A stretch of DNA of 64,000 nt from Planctomycetota bacterium (GTDB lineage: Bacteria; Planctomycetota; UBA1135; UBA2386): positions 27,475 to 91,474 of the forward strand of contig CANMWZ010000017.1 in assembly GCA_947501605.1 (NCBI GenBank). Reading direction: 5' to 3'. The position numbers and the translations under genes were made by a program. Below, piece by piece: positions 51,441-60,021 of the stretch; the first letter of the stretch is position 1, and the number at the start of each line of letters is the position of its first letter. Under the pieces are notes generated by a model that saw nothing but the letters and a program-made list of their open reading frames with translations, did not search any database and had not been told where the DNA came from.

Positions 51441-51962
51441 TCAGAAGAGACGGGCCTGCCCCTGTCCGCACAGGGTCGCTGCCAGTGGCATGCGGAACAG
51501 CAGTGCACTGCGCCCAATCTGCTCAAACTGCAGACGAGCCGCGTCGCTCTGGCCGCGCGCTTCGGCGAGCCACGCGTCGAGCAATCGGCGCAACACATCG
51601 TCGCCCAGGGCGATGGTGTCGCAGGCGGCAACGTCGAAGTTCCCAACATCCGCCGCGGTGATCGGCGACTGCCCCAAGGTCGTTCCAGCGAAACGAAGGT
51701 AGGTGGCCTCATCGTCGCGCGCGATCGCAGCCATCGCGGCCGCCATGGCTGCGACCCGGCCAGACGAAGCCACCGCCTGAGCCTCGATGGCGCGCAGCAT
51801 CGACCGCCGCTCGTCACCTTCGCAATCGCCTTCGCGAAGCGACTTCACCAACTCGTCGAACGACCGGGGCCGGAACCGTTCGTAGGCAGCAACTGCCAGC
51901 AGCCCAGCAGCTCCAACAAGCGCGCAGCACAAGGGCAGCGTCAGCAATCGCTCTCGAGTCAT
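51441..51962 (-). CDS. Hypothetical membrane-anchored helical protein
   Basis: N-terminal hydrophobic segment followed by Ala-rich helices; divergent from the next gene. Confidence 0.5.
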   Translation of the reverse strand: MTRERLLTLPLCCALVGAAGLLAVAAYERFRPRSFDELVKSLREGDCEGDERRSMLRAIEAQAVASSGRVAAMAAAMAAIARDDEATYLRFAGTTLGQSPITAADVGNFDVAACDTIALGDDVLRRLLDAWLAEARGQSDAARLQFEQIGRSALLFRMPLAATLCGQGQARLF

Positions 51963-52030
51963 CGATGCAGAGTGTCGCGGCGCAGCGCGCCGCCGCGCAA
52001 GCTTCGCCTCGGCCTCTGCTCGCAGGCCCT

Positions 52031-52058
52031 TCCCGCATTGAGAACGCGCGCTAGAATG
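52031..52058 (+). promoter_or_regulatory. Possible sigma70-type promoter for the 52201 gene
   Basis: A -10-like TAGAAT near 52052 with a weak -35-like TTCCCG upstream. Visual match only. Confidence 0.3.
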
Positions 52059-52200
52059 CGCGCTCGAATCTCCACGGAGGGGGTTCCACCACAGAATCCC
52101 AGCGGTCCTAGCGGACCTCGCGCTCGCTCAAGCCCTCTCGCAGGGGCATTCGAACGAACGCAATTGCTTCCGCTCGCACTAGATAGGGTTACCGATAAAC

Positions 52201-52968
52201 ATGCCTACAAAGACCCCAAGCAAGTCTGCGCGGAAGCCCAAGGCGAAGCCGCCAAAGAGCGCGCCCCCCACCGGCACTCGGACGCCAGACGCCGACAATG
52301 AGCACGGCGGAACGGAAGGCAAGGCGGCCCCGCGCAAGGCGGCAGCCAGACGCTCCCCCGCTTCGCCGAAAAATCCGGCGCCGAAGAACACGCCGGCACC
52401 CTCCTCGGTGAAGGGCAAGCCATCGACTGGCCGACCGTCTTCGAGCAAGCCGGCGATGGGCAAGCCCGCAACTGCGCGCGGGCACGGCCGCGGCTCAGCG
52501 CCGATCTACGTGCCACGCGCCATGCCGGTGTTTGACGACGAAGATGACGTGATGGGGATGCACGGTGCCGGACAGGGTGCCGGATTCGGTCGCTGCGGCG
52601 GTCGAATGCTCGGAAGCTCTCTGGAACAGAACATTTGTGACCGCCTCGGCAATGCCGGTGTGGCCCACAGCCACTCGCCTCGCCACTTCGAGGTATCGAT
52701 CAACGACAAGCAAGTGGCGGCCTACGCGCCGATGATCGTGCTCCGCGGCCGCGGCCGAGAGGGCAAGAGTGTCGTTGTCGAATCGATAGAGGACACGAAG
52801 AACCCGATCGTCCCCAAGATCATCGCGTTCCGGCGCGAGTACGGGCAGGAGTACTACGTGATCCTGATCGCCTCGGACGAGGTGCTCGACCAAGTGGAAC
52901 TCGCGAGCTACGACGAAGCGTGCGTCACGACCGATGTCAGCACCCTGATCGCGCGCCTCGCTGAGTGA
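52201..52968 (+). CDS. Lys/Pro/Ala-rich N-terminal tail fused to a degenerate PD-(D/E)xK-like domain
   Basis: About the first 95 aa are low-complexity and basic; C-terminal SSLEQNICDRL...FEV...YAPMIVL...VVVES...KIIAFRREY...VILI. Confidence 0.6.
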   Translation: MPTKTPSKSARKPKAKPPKSAPPTGTRTPDADNEHGGTEGKAAPRKAAARRSPASPKNPAPKNTPAPSSVKGKPSTGRPSSSKPAMGKPATARGHGRGSAPIYVPRAMPVFDDEDDVMGMHGAGQGAGFGRCGGRMLGSSLEQNICDRLGNAGVAHSHSPRHFEVSINDKQVAAYAPMIVLRGRGREGKSVVVESIEDTKNPIVPKIIAFRREYGQEYYVILIASDEVLDQVELASYDEACVTTDVSTLIARLAE

Positions 52969-53154
52969 GAATCCGGCGGCCTTTTCGGGCCGCCGACCCG
53001 CGCCCGCCTTCGGCGGGCCGCCGGGAGACGCGTCCGGATAGCCGCGGCGCCGCCGGTCGTCGAGCACCGGACCATGAGGATGCTGCGGACCTTCCTCCTC
53101 TGCAGCCTTCAAAGCCGAGGGTCCGTTCGCTAGATTGCTCGGCCCCCTTCGCAC

Positions 53155-55362
53155 GTGACCCGCCTTCTGGATGGTCTGAATTTGACGAACGACGTCGCCC
53201 ACCTCGCACGTTCCCTGCAGCTCGACTCGCTCGAAACCGCCTGGCAGCAGGCGGTCAAATCGCCCAAGCCCGAGGCGATCGAGCAATACCTCGGAGTAGT
53301 CGACAGTCTCTGTGAGCAGGCCCAAGCCGGGCGCGCCTTCGCGCTGGCCAACATGATGGTCGAGGCGCTGGTCGGCGTCCCGGCCCTCGAACAGGCAATC
53401 GACCTGGCAACGCGTGTCGTGCGCCGTGGCGCACACAACGAAGCGCTTGCCAAGCGACTGCTGGCTTTGATCGAAGAGCGGTTCGCCAGCGAAAACTGGT
53501 GGCTGGTCGTGCGCGACCGCGCTGGAATCGGAGGTGCCTCGGTCAATTCCCAGGCACTGCTCGAGTTCGACCGCCTGCGCCGCTTCACCAAGGGCCACGT
53601 GGTCTACCACTCGGCTGGCTGGGGCGAGGGCGTGGTGATCGACTTCCAACCGGACAACCGGGAGGTGACGATCCAGTTCGCCTCGGGTCGCCGCGAGGAC
53701 TTCCCGCTCGACACCGTCATCGACCGCTTCAAGCCGCTCGATTCGGAAGACCTGCGCGCGTTGAAGTTGCTGCGCATGGACGACCTCAAGCGCTACGCCG
53801 AGTCCGACCCTTCGCGTTTGATCCGCATCTGCGCCAAGCTCTACCGTGGCACGGTCTCGAGCCAGCAACTGAAGACCGAGCTCATTCCCTCGGTCATCGA
53901 AGAGAAGGCGTGGCCCGCCTACTGGAAGCGCGCCAAGCTCGCCGCCACCAAGGACCCGTGGCTCAAGGCTGAAGGCAGCGCGACGCGCCCGACCTTTGTC
54001 TTGCGCGACCGCCCAGTGGGCCTCGCCGACGAAGCCGCGGTGGCCTTGAAGCACCAAAACAACCTCGGCGACCGCATCGCCGTCTTGCGCGACTACCTTG
54101 CTCGTGGCCAGGACGCTGAGGTTCGCCAGCAGATCCTCGATGTAGCGGCCCGAACTGTCGAGGAGAGCCTCGGTCACAAGACCGACAATCACGCCCACAT
54201 CCTCGACGGCATCCTGTTCCTCGAGGAACACGGCCGGAAGGCCGGCGCGTCGGCAGCCACGGAACTGCGTTCGCTGCTGGTGGGTCCGGACGGTGCGATT
54301 CACGCCGCGGCTATCGATCGCCTAGCAACGCAGGCTTCGCGCGAGCACGCGGTCAAGCTGTTACCAGAAGCCCTCGGCGAGCATTGGATCGACCGCAGCC
54401 TCAGTGTGTTGCCCGACTTCCCGGTCTCCGTCGTGGAGAACGTCGTTCAGGCGATCATCGATGCCGGCCAGGGCGAGCGCTTGCTCGAGCTGTGGGACCG
54501 GGTCGCGCCGTACCCGCGCCGTCACCCGATGCTGACCTATCTGCTCGGCCGCGCCTACTCTGATGGCGCGTTCGCCAAGCGCGACGACCGCCCCGACGAA
54601 GTGACCGTCGGTCGCGTGCTGCTGCACCTCGCGCGTGTGCTCTCAGCCGAACGCAAGGGCAACCAATTCCAAGGCCGCCTGCTGTCGCGCCTCACGAGCC
54701 TCATGGCCGGCAAGCGAGGCTTCCTGCATCGTCCGCTGGCGACGATCACCAAGGACGAACTCTCCACGTACCTCGGCATCACCGAGCGCGGCGGCGAGGA
54801 CTTCCCGAGCGAAATCAGCACCATGATACTGCGTACGGTTGCCAGCAAGTATCCGGAGCTCACCGCCGCCGAACTGCCGTTCTGGAAGCGCGATGACGCG
54901 GTGTTCACCACCATCGCCGGCCTGAAGCGCATCAAAGAAGACTATCGAGTGCTCGTCGAAGAGAAGATCCCAACGAACAGCAAGGCAATCGGTGCCGCGG
55001 CGGCGCTCGGCGACCTGAGCGAGAACAGCGAGTGGGAATCGGCGATGGAAGAGCAGCGCAATCTCACGACTCGCGCCACCGCGATGGATCGCGAGGTCCG
55101 CATGGCAAAGCTCATCGAAGACCAGGAGATCGCTGGCGACGTGGTCGCACCAGGCACGCGCATCACCTACGCCGAGGAGATCAGCGGCAAGAAGTCGACC
55201 TACGCGGTGCTCGGTCCGTGGGATGTCATCGACGACGACACGATCAACTACCGCGCCCCGATTGCTCAGGGACTCCTCGGTCTGTCGGTCGGCGAGTACG
55301 GCGAGGTGCCGTCGCCAGCCGGCCCGGTCCGCGTCCGCGTCGACGCGATCGAAAAGATGTGA
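53155..55362 (+). CDS. greA: Transcription elongation factor GreA with long N-terminal extension
   Basis: C-terminal GLKRIKEDY...AIGAAAALGDLSENSEWESA...VAPGTRI...INYRAPIAQGLLG; roughly 580 aa N-terminal extension. Confidence 0.85.
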   Translation: MTRLLDGLNLTNDVAHLARSLQLDSLETAWQQAVKSPKPEAIEQYLGVVDSLCEQAQAGRAFALANMMVEALVGVPALEQAIDLATRVVRRGAHNEALAKRLLALIEERFASENWWLVVRDRAGIGGASVNSQALLEFDRLRRFTKGHVVYHSAGWGEGVVIDFQPDNREVTIQFASGRREDFPLDTVIDRFKPLDSEDLRALKLLRMDDLKRYAESDPSRLIRICAKLYRGTVSSQQLKTELIPSVIEEKAWPAYWKRAKLAATKDPWLKAEGSATRPTFVLRDRPVGLADEAAVALKHQNNLGDRIAVLRDYLARGQDAEVRQQILDVAARTVEESLGHKTDNHAHILDGILFLEEHGRKAGASAATELRSLLVGPDGAIHAAAIDRLATQASREHAVKLLPEALGEHWIDRSLSVLPDFPVSVVENVVQAIIDAGQGERLLELWDRVAPYPRRHPMLTYLLGRAYSDGAFAKRDDRPDEVTVGRVLLHLARVLSAERKGNQFQGRLLSRLTSLMAGKRGFLHRPLATITKDELSTYLGITERGGEDFPSEISTMILRTVASKYPELTAAELPFWKRDDAVFTTIAGLKRIKEDYRVLVEEKIPTNSKAIGAAAALGDLSENSEWESAMEEQRNLTTRATAMDREVRMAKLIEDQEIAGDVVAPGTRITYAEEISGKKSTYAVLGPWDVIDDDTINYRAPIAQGLLGLSVGEYGEVPSPAGPVRVRVDAIEKM

Positions 55363-56081
55363 GCGCGCGCCCGACCACCACAACGATCCTCGAGCCCTGT
55401 CGGGGTGAACGGGTGGTGGTCGAGCGCATGACCGGACGCGCGCCAAGTTATGTGTTCCTGCACGGACTTGGCTCCGTGCGCGCTGGCGAGAAGAGCGGGG
55501 CATTGCTCGCGCACGCCGCGGCGCGTGGGCGAGCCTTCACCCGCTTTGATTTTCGCGGTCACGGCGAGTCGACCGGCACGATCGGCGAAGTGACCATGTC
55601 CGAGTTACTGGTCGATGCCAGCCTCGTCCTCGACCTCGTCGGCCCGTCAATCCTGGTCGGCTCGAGTCTCGGCGCACTCGTAGCAGCACACGTAGCTGCC
55701 GCGCGGCCGCAGGATGTGAAGGGACTCGCCTTGCTCGCGCCCGCGTTCGGCTTCTTGCCGCGAATGCGCCAACGACTGGACGCGGCGGGGCGCATGCAAA
55801 CCAGCGAGGGACTCGTCTTTGCCGTGCACGAGAGAGCACTGGTGGATGCGGCGAACCACGATGAAGGTTCGTTGCCGAGTCGCTTGCCCATGCCGGTGTT
55901 CCTCGCGCACGGCACCGACGACGATCTCGTTCCCACTGCTCTCAGCCAGTCCTTCTTCAACAAGATCCCGCACGCGCAAAAGGACCTCTGGATCGTCCCT
56001 GGCGGCAACCACCGCTTGAACCGCGAGATCGGTGACATCCTCACGCGCATGGACATCCTGTTCTCTGGAGCTGGCCTGTAA
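55359..56081 (+). CDS. Alpha/beta hydrolase
   Basis: VFLHG, FDFRGHGES, LVGSSLG, HGTDDDLVP, GGNH. Confidence 0.88.
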   Translation: MSARPTTTTILEPCRGERVVVERMTGRAPSYVFLHGLGSVRAGEKSGALLAHAAARGRAFTRFDFRGHGESTGTIGEVTMSELLVDASLVLDLVGPSILVGSSLGALVAAHVAAARPQDVKGLALLAPAFGFLPRMRQRLDAAGRMQTSEGLVFAVHERALVDAANHDEGSLPSRLPMPVFLAHGTDDDLVPTALSQSFFNKIPHAQKDLWIVPGGNHRLNREIGDILTRMDILFSGAGL

Positions 56082-56254
56082 GGCTGGTGCCGCGCAGGTC
56101 CGGCTGGCGAAAGCGAGCCACGGCGCCCCACAGGCAGGCAGCGAACTCGTGGCGGAATCCGTAGCTTCCGCCGAAAGTTCGCGACGCCCACCTCGACAGA
56201 CACGCAGCCGCTGACGCCTTCTGAAACCACTTCTAGGCTCTACCAACGAGATCC

Positions 56255-57337
56255 ATGCGCACTGAGGACTTGCAGACTCCGACCCTGCTGATCGACCTCG
56301 ACGTCGTCCGCCACAACTTGGCGACGATGCGCCACTACCTCGACGGCGCGATGCATCGGTGGCGACCCCACGTGAAGACGTGCAAGATCCCCGAGGTCCT
56401 AGAACTCCTGCTGCAAGCAGGTGTCCGCCGCTTCAAGGTCGCGACGACGCGCGAGTGCGCGTTGCTGCTGGAGGTCGCTGACGCGCGGCCGATCGATGTT
56501 CTGGTCGCGATGGCTCACCACGGCGCCAATCTGCACCGAACGGCCACCCTCGCCCAGCGCGCACCACAACACCACGTGTCCATGCTGAGCGAAGACTCGG
56601 CGCACGCCGCCACGGTGCGCGGCAGCGGCCTCGGCGTCTTCATCGACCTCGACCCAGGGTTCCTTCGTTCGGGCGTGCCGATTCGCGAGCGTGCCCGCGT
56701 CGCCGACGTCGCCCACAGCGCCGGCGCCGCACTGCGCGGCCTGCACTGCTACGAGGGCCACCTTCACGCTGGCACCATCCCCGAACGCACCGCGGCCACG
56801 CGCTCGATCCTGGCCGAACTGACGGCGATCGCGCGGACGATGCAGCCCGGACTCGAGCTTGTCACCAGCGGCACCCCGACCTTTCCCATCGCGCTCGCCT
56901 ACGAGCCGTTGCGCGCGTTTGACCACTCGGTCTCGCCCGGCACAGTCGTCTACTGGGATGCGCGCAGCAACGAACTCGGCATCGACGGCTTCGCCTGCGC
57001 GGTCCAGATCCAGACTCGTGTCATCGCAGCACCCGCACCCGATCGCATCACCGTCGATGCTGGCAGCAAGGCGCTCGATGCGGCCGCTGGCGACCCATGC
57101 GCCGAGGCTCTCGGTGCGTACCACCTCCGCGCCTTGACTCCCAGCGAAGAGCATCTGCCGATGGTCGTCGAACGCGGCCCGGCGCCGCCGCTCGGCTCAC
57201 TCCTTCGCCTGCTGCCGCGTCACGTGTGCCCGACCGTCAACCTCGCCGACGAAGCCGTGCTGGTCGAGCGCGGCGAACTGCTCACGATCGCGCCGGTTCG
57301 CGCCCGCGGGCACGAGACCCGGCCGGAGTCGCAGTAG
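56255..57337 (+). CDS. D-threonine aldolase/DSD1-family PLP-dependent enzyme (alanine racemase fold)
   Basis: LQTPTLLID, RPHVKTCK, YEGH, SGTPT, VDAGSK, SEEH, PRHVCPTVNL. Confidence 0.88.
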   Translation: MRTEDLQTPTLLIDLDVVRHNLATMRHYLDGAMHRWRPHVKTCKIPEVLELLLQAGVRRFKVATTRECALLLEVADARPIDVLVAMAHHGANLHRTATLAQRAPQHHVSMLSEDSAHAATVRGSGLGVFIDLDPGFLRSGVPIRERARVADVAHSAGAALRGLHCYEGHLHAGTIPERTAATRSILAELTAIARTMQPGLELVTSGTPTFPIALAYEPLRAFDHSVSPGTVVYWDARSNELGIDGFACAVQIQTRVIAAPAPDRITVDAGSKALDAAAGDPCAEALGAYHLRALTPSEEHLPMVVERGPAPPLGSLLRLLPRHVCPTVNLADEAVLVERGELLTIAPVRARGHETRPESQ

Positions 57338-57378
57338 GTGGTTGCACCGCCCCGCCGCGCCTCGCACACTGGCATGCG

Positions 57379-58029
57379 GTGGATCACGTTCCGGAGTCCC
57401 TGCAGCGCCTCGTGGCGGAGATCGACGGCTGGCTCGAACTCCGGTGCCCTGATCGCGCACTCGAACGGCTAGAGACACTGCTCGCCGAACCGAAGGCCCG
57501 CATCATTGCCCTAACGCTGCGCATCCGCGCCTACGTCTCGAGCAAGCGCCACAGGGAAGCAGTCGCCGACATCGCCGAGTTGCGTAGTGCACAACACGAC
57601 CCCGAGTGGCTCGACCTGACCGAGGCCTGGTGCCGAAAGCGCATGCAGGACCTGCCAGCCGCGATCACCTGCATGGAGCAGCTGCTCCAACGCAACGGCA
57701 AGTCGGCAATCGGCCACTTCAACCTCGGCTGTTATCTCGCATTGGCCGGGGACAGCGACCGCGCACTCGACGAGGTCAGCATCGCCTGTGGCATCGACGC
57801 GAGTTTCCGCGGCATGTTGCACGACGAACCGGATCTGGACACGTTGCGCGTCGACCCGCGATTCCAGCAGCTGATCGCCAGGGTCCCCGGCATCGATCCG
57901 GCGGAAGCGGCGGCCGAGGCCGACGCCTTCGAGGACGACCTCGCCGAAGGCTTCGAAGACGACCTGGACTTGGACGACGACGAGGATCTCGACGAAGCAG
58001 ACGACAGCGACGACGACACGAGTCGCTGA
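57379..58029 (+). CDS. TPR protein with acidic C-terminal tail
   Basis: AWCRKR, HFNLGCYLALAG...EPDLDTLRVDPRF (TPR end-type pattern), then a D/E-rich tail. Confidence 0.75.
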   Translation: MDHVPESLQRLVAEIDGWLELRCPDRALERLETLLAEPKARIIALTLRIRAYVSSKRHREAVADIAELRSAQHDPEWLDLTEAWCRKRMQDLPAAITCMEQLLQRNGKSAIGHFNLGCYLALAGDSDRALDEVSIACGIDASFRGMLHDEPDLDTLRVDPRFQQLIARVPGIDPAEAAAEADAFEDDLAEGFEDDLDLDDDEDLDEADDSDDDTSR

Positions 58030-58118
58030 ATCGCGACGCCCGTGGCAACGGCGCTTCCGCAAGAGGGCACACCGCCGCGAGCGTGCGAGCCGAAACAGGC
58101 AGTCAGAAGGAACTGCCC

Positions 58119-59057
58119 TTGGCACAGAGCACAGCGACCCTAGCCCCACAAGCACTGCGTACCGCGCTCGCACGCACCGTTGCGGACGTAGTCGCCACGC
58201 CACCGGACGTCTTCGAAGCGCTGCTCTGCGCGCTGCTCGCTCGCGGGCATGTACTCCTCGACGGCAAACCGGGCATCGGCAAGACACTGCTCGCACGGAC
58301 ACTCGCCGCCTGCATTGACTGCAACTTCCGTCGCATCCAGTTCACCAACGACTTGATGCCGAGCGACATCCTCGGCACCGCCGTGTGGCGCGAGGAATCA
58401 CGCGACTTCGCCTTCTTGGAAGGCCCGCTGTTCGCCAACATCGTGCTGACCGACGAGATCAACCGCACGAGCCCGCGCACGCTGTCGTGCCTGCTCGAAG
58501 CGATGGAGTCCGGAACGGTCTCCGTCGAGGGCCGAACGATGGAACTGGGTTCGCCCTTCCACGTGTTCGCCACGCGCAACCCGATCGAGTTCCACGGCAC
58601 CTATCCGATGCCGGAAGCGGCGCTCGACCGTTTCCTCGTACGCATCGAGCTCGGCTACCCGGACAGCGCCCAAGAAGTTGCGCTGTACACCGGGCGCGAC
58701 GCCGAGGCCTCCCTGCGTGCCGTTCGCCCGGTCCTGAGCAGAGAGCAACTCGTCGCCGCGCAGAAGTCCGTCGCCGAAGTTCAGGTTCACGAGCAAGTCG
58801 CTGAGTATGTGTTGCGCGTCGTAGCTGCAACGCGCGACCACACCGAGGTCGCATTGGGTGCTAGTCCGCGAGCGGCGCTGATGTGGCTCCGGGCGGCACG
58901 TGCGCGCGCTTGGCTCGCCGGCCGCAGCTACGTGCTTCCGGATGACCTCAAAGCTCTTGCCCAACCGGTGCTCGCTCACCGCATGTTCGTCCGCGGCGGT
59001 GGCCCCTCAGCCACGATGCTGCGCGATGTGATCGCGGCGACTGCGGTCCCGCTATAA
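58119..59057 (+). CDS. MoxR-family AAA+ ATPase
   Basis: GHVLLDGKPGIGKT, RIQFTNDLMPSD, DEINR, ATRNPIE, GTYPMPEAALDRF, GASPRA. Confidence 0.95.
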   Translation: MAQSTATLAPQALRTALARTVADVVATPPDVFEALLCALLARGHVLLDGKPGIGKTLLARTLAACIDCNFRRIQFTNDLMPSDILGTAVWREESRDFAFLEGPLFANIVLTDEINRTSPRTLSCLLEAMESGTVSVEGRTMELGSPFHVFATRNPIEFHGTYPMPEAALDRFLVRIELGYPDSAQEVALYTGRDAEASLRAVRPVLSREQLVAAQKSVAEVQVHEQVAEYVLRVVAATRDHTEVALGASPRAALMWLRAARARAWLAGRSYVLPDDLKALAQPVLAHRMFVRGGGPSATMLRDVIAATAVPL

Positions 59058-59061
59058 GCCC

Positions 59062-60021
59062 ATGCGGCTCTGGCCGACCTCGCTCGGCGCCAAGGGCGCG
59101 CTGTTCTTCGCGGCAGTCGCGCTGCTGCTGTTCGCCACGCCATACTCCAACCTGTTCTTCCTCCTGACGTCGTTCCTCGCCGTGCTGGGCGGAATCGGCG
59201 TCATCGGGGCGTGGCGAAACATCCGCGCGCTCGGTGCCACCGTGGTGACCGTGGAGCCGGCCGCGGCAGGGGACGCTCACGCCGCGACGATTCGCATCAC
59301 CACCAAGAAGCCACACCGCGGCTTCGCGGTGTCGGTACTCGCCGATGTTGCCGATGCCACCATCAGCATCGCCGAGGTCCCGCTCGCAACCGACGGCATG
59401 GTCTTGCACGCAGAGCTAGAAGGACTGGCTCGCGGGATTCACCGCGTCACGGCACTGCGCCTTCGCTCGCGCTATCCGTTCGGCATCCTGGTCGCCGAAC
59501 GCAAGGTAGTCGTCGACGTCGAGGTCATCGCCTATCCCAAACCGGCGCCCGCCGACCCAGCTCATTCGCACGATCGCGACGGTGACGGCATGACCCCGCC
59601 GAACGGCGACGAAGAATCGCTTGCGGGCCTTCGCGAGTGGCGATCCGGTGACAGCCTGCGCCACGTTCACTGGAAGGCGACGGCACGCGCTGGCACGCCG
59701 ATCGTCAAAGAACTCGAGCGCCTCGGCGGCGACGGCATCGACCTCGTTCTCGACCGCCGCGTTTCCAGCGACGAACTCGAGCACGCTCTGGCTGCCACCA
59801 CGCGCCAGGTCTTCGACGCGTCGGAGTCTCGGCGCGGCCTGCGCCTTCGCAGCCAGGACGCCGACATGACCCTCGATGCAGACCGGCCACACGCGGCTCC
59901 GTTGCTGCGTTGGCTCGCCCAGGCGAACGCGCTGCCACGCGATGCCTCGCCACCACCGATCGGCTCGCTGCATGCTCGCGCGGTAACCGGACACTCCGCA
60001 AGGAGGGCCGATCATGTCTGA
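59062..60021 (+). CDS. DUF58 domain protein
   Basis: Two N-terminal TMs; SRYPFG; GLREWRSGDSLRHVHWKATAR; IVKE. Confidence 0.9.
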   Translation: MRLWPTSLGAKGALFFAAVALLLFATPYSNLFFLLTSFLAVLGGIGVIGAWRNIRALGATVVTVEPAAAGDAHAATIRITTKKPHRGFAVSVLADVADATISIAEVPLATDGMVLHAELEGLARGIHRVTALRLRSRYPFGILVAERKVVVDVEVIAYPKPAPADPAHSHDRDGDGMTPPNGDEESLAGLREWRSGDSLRHVHWKATARAGTPIVKELERLGGDGIDLVLDRRVSSDELEHALAATTRQVFDASESRRGLRLRSQDADMTLDADRPHAAPLLRWLAQANALPRDASPPPIGSLHARAVTGHSARRADHV

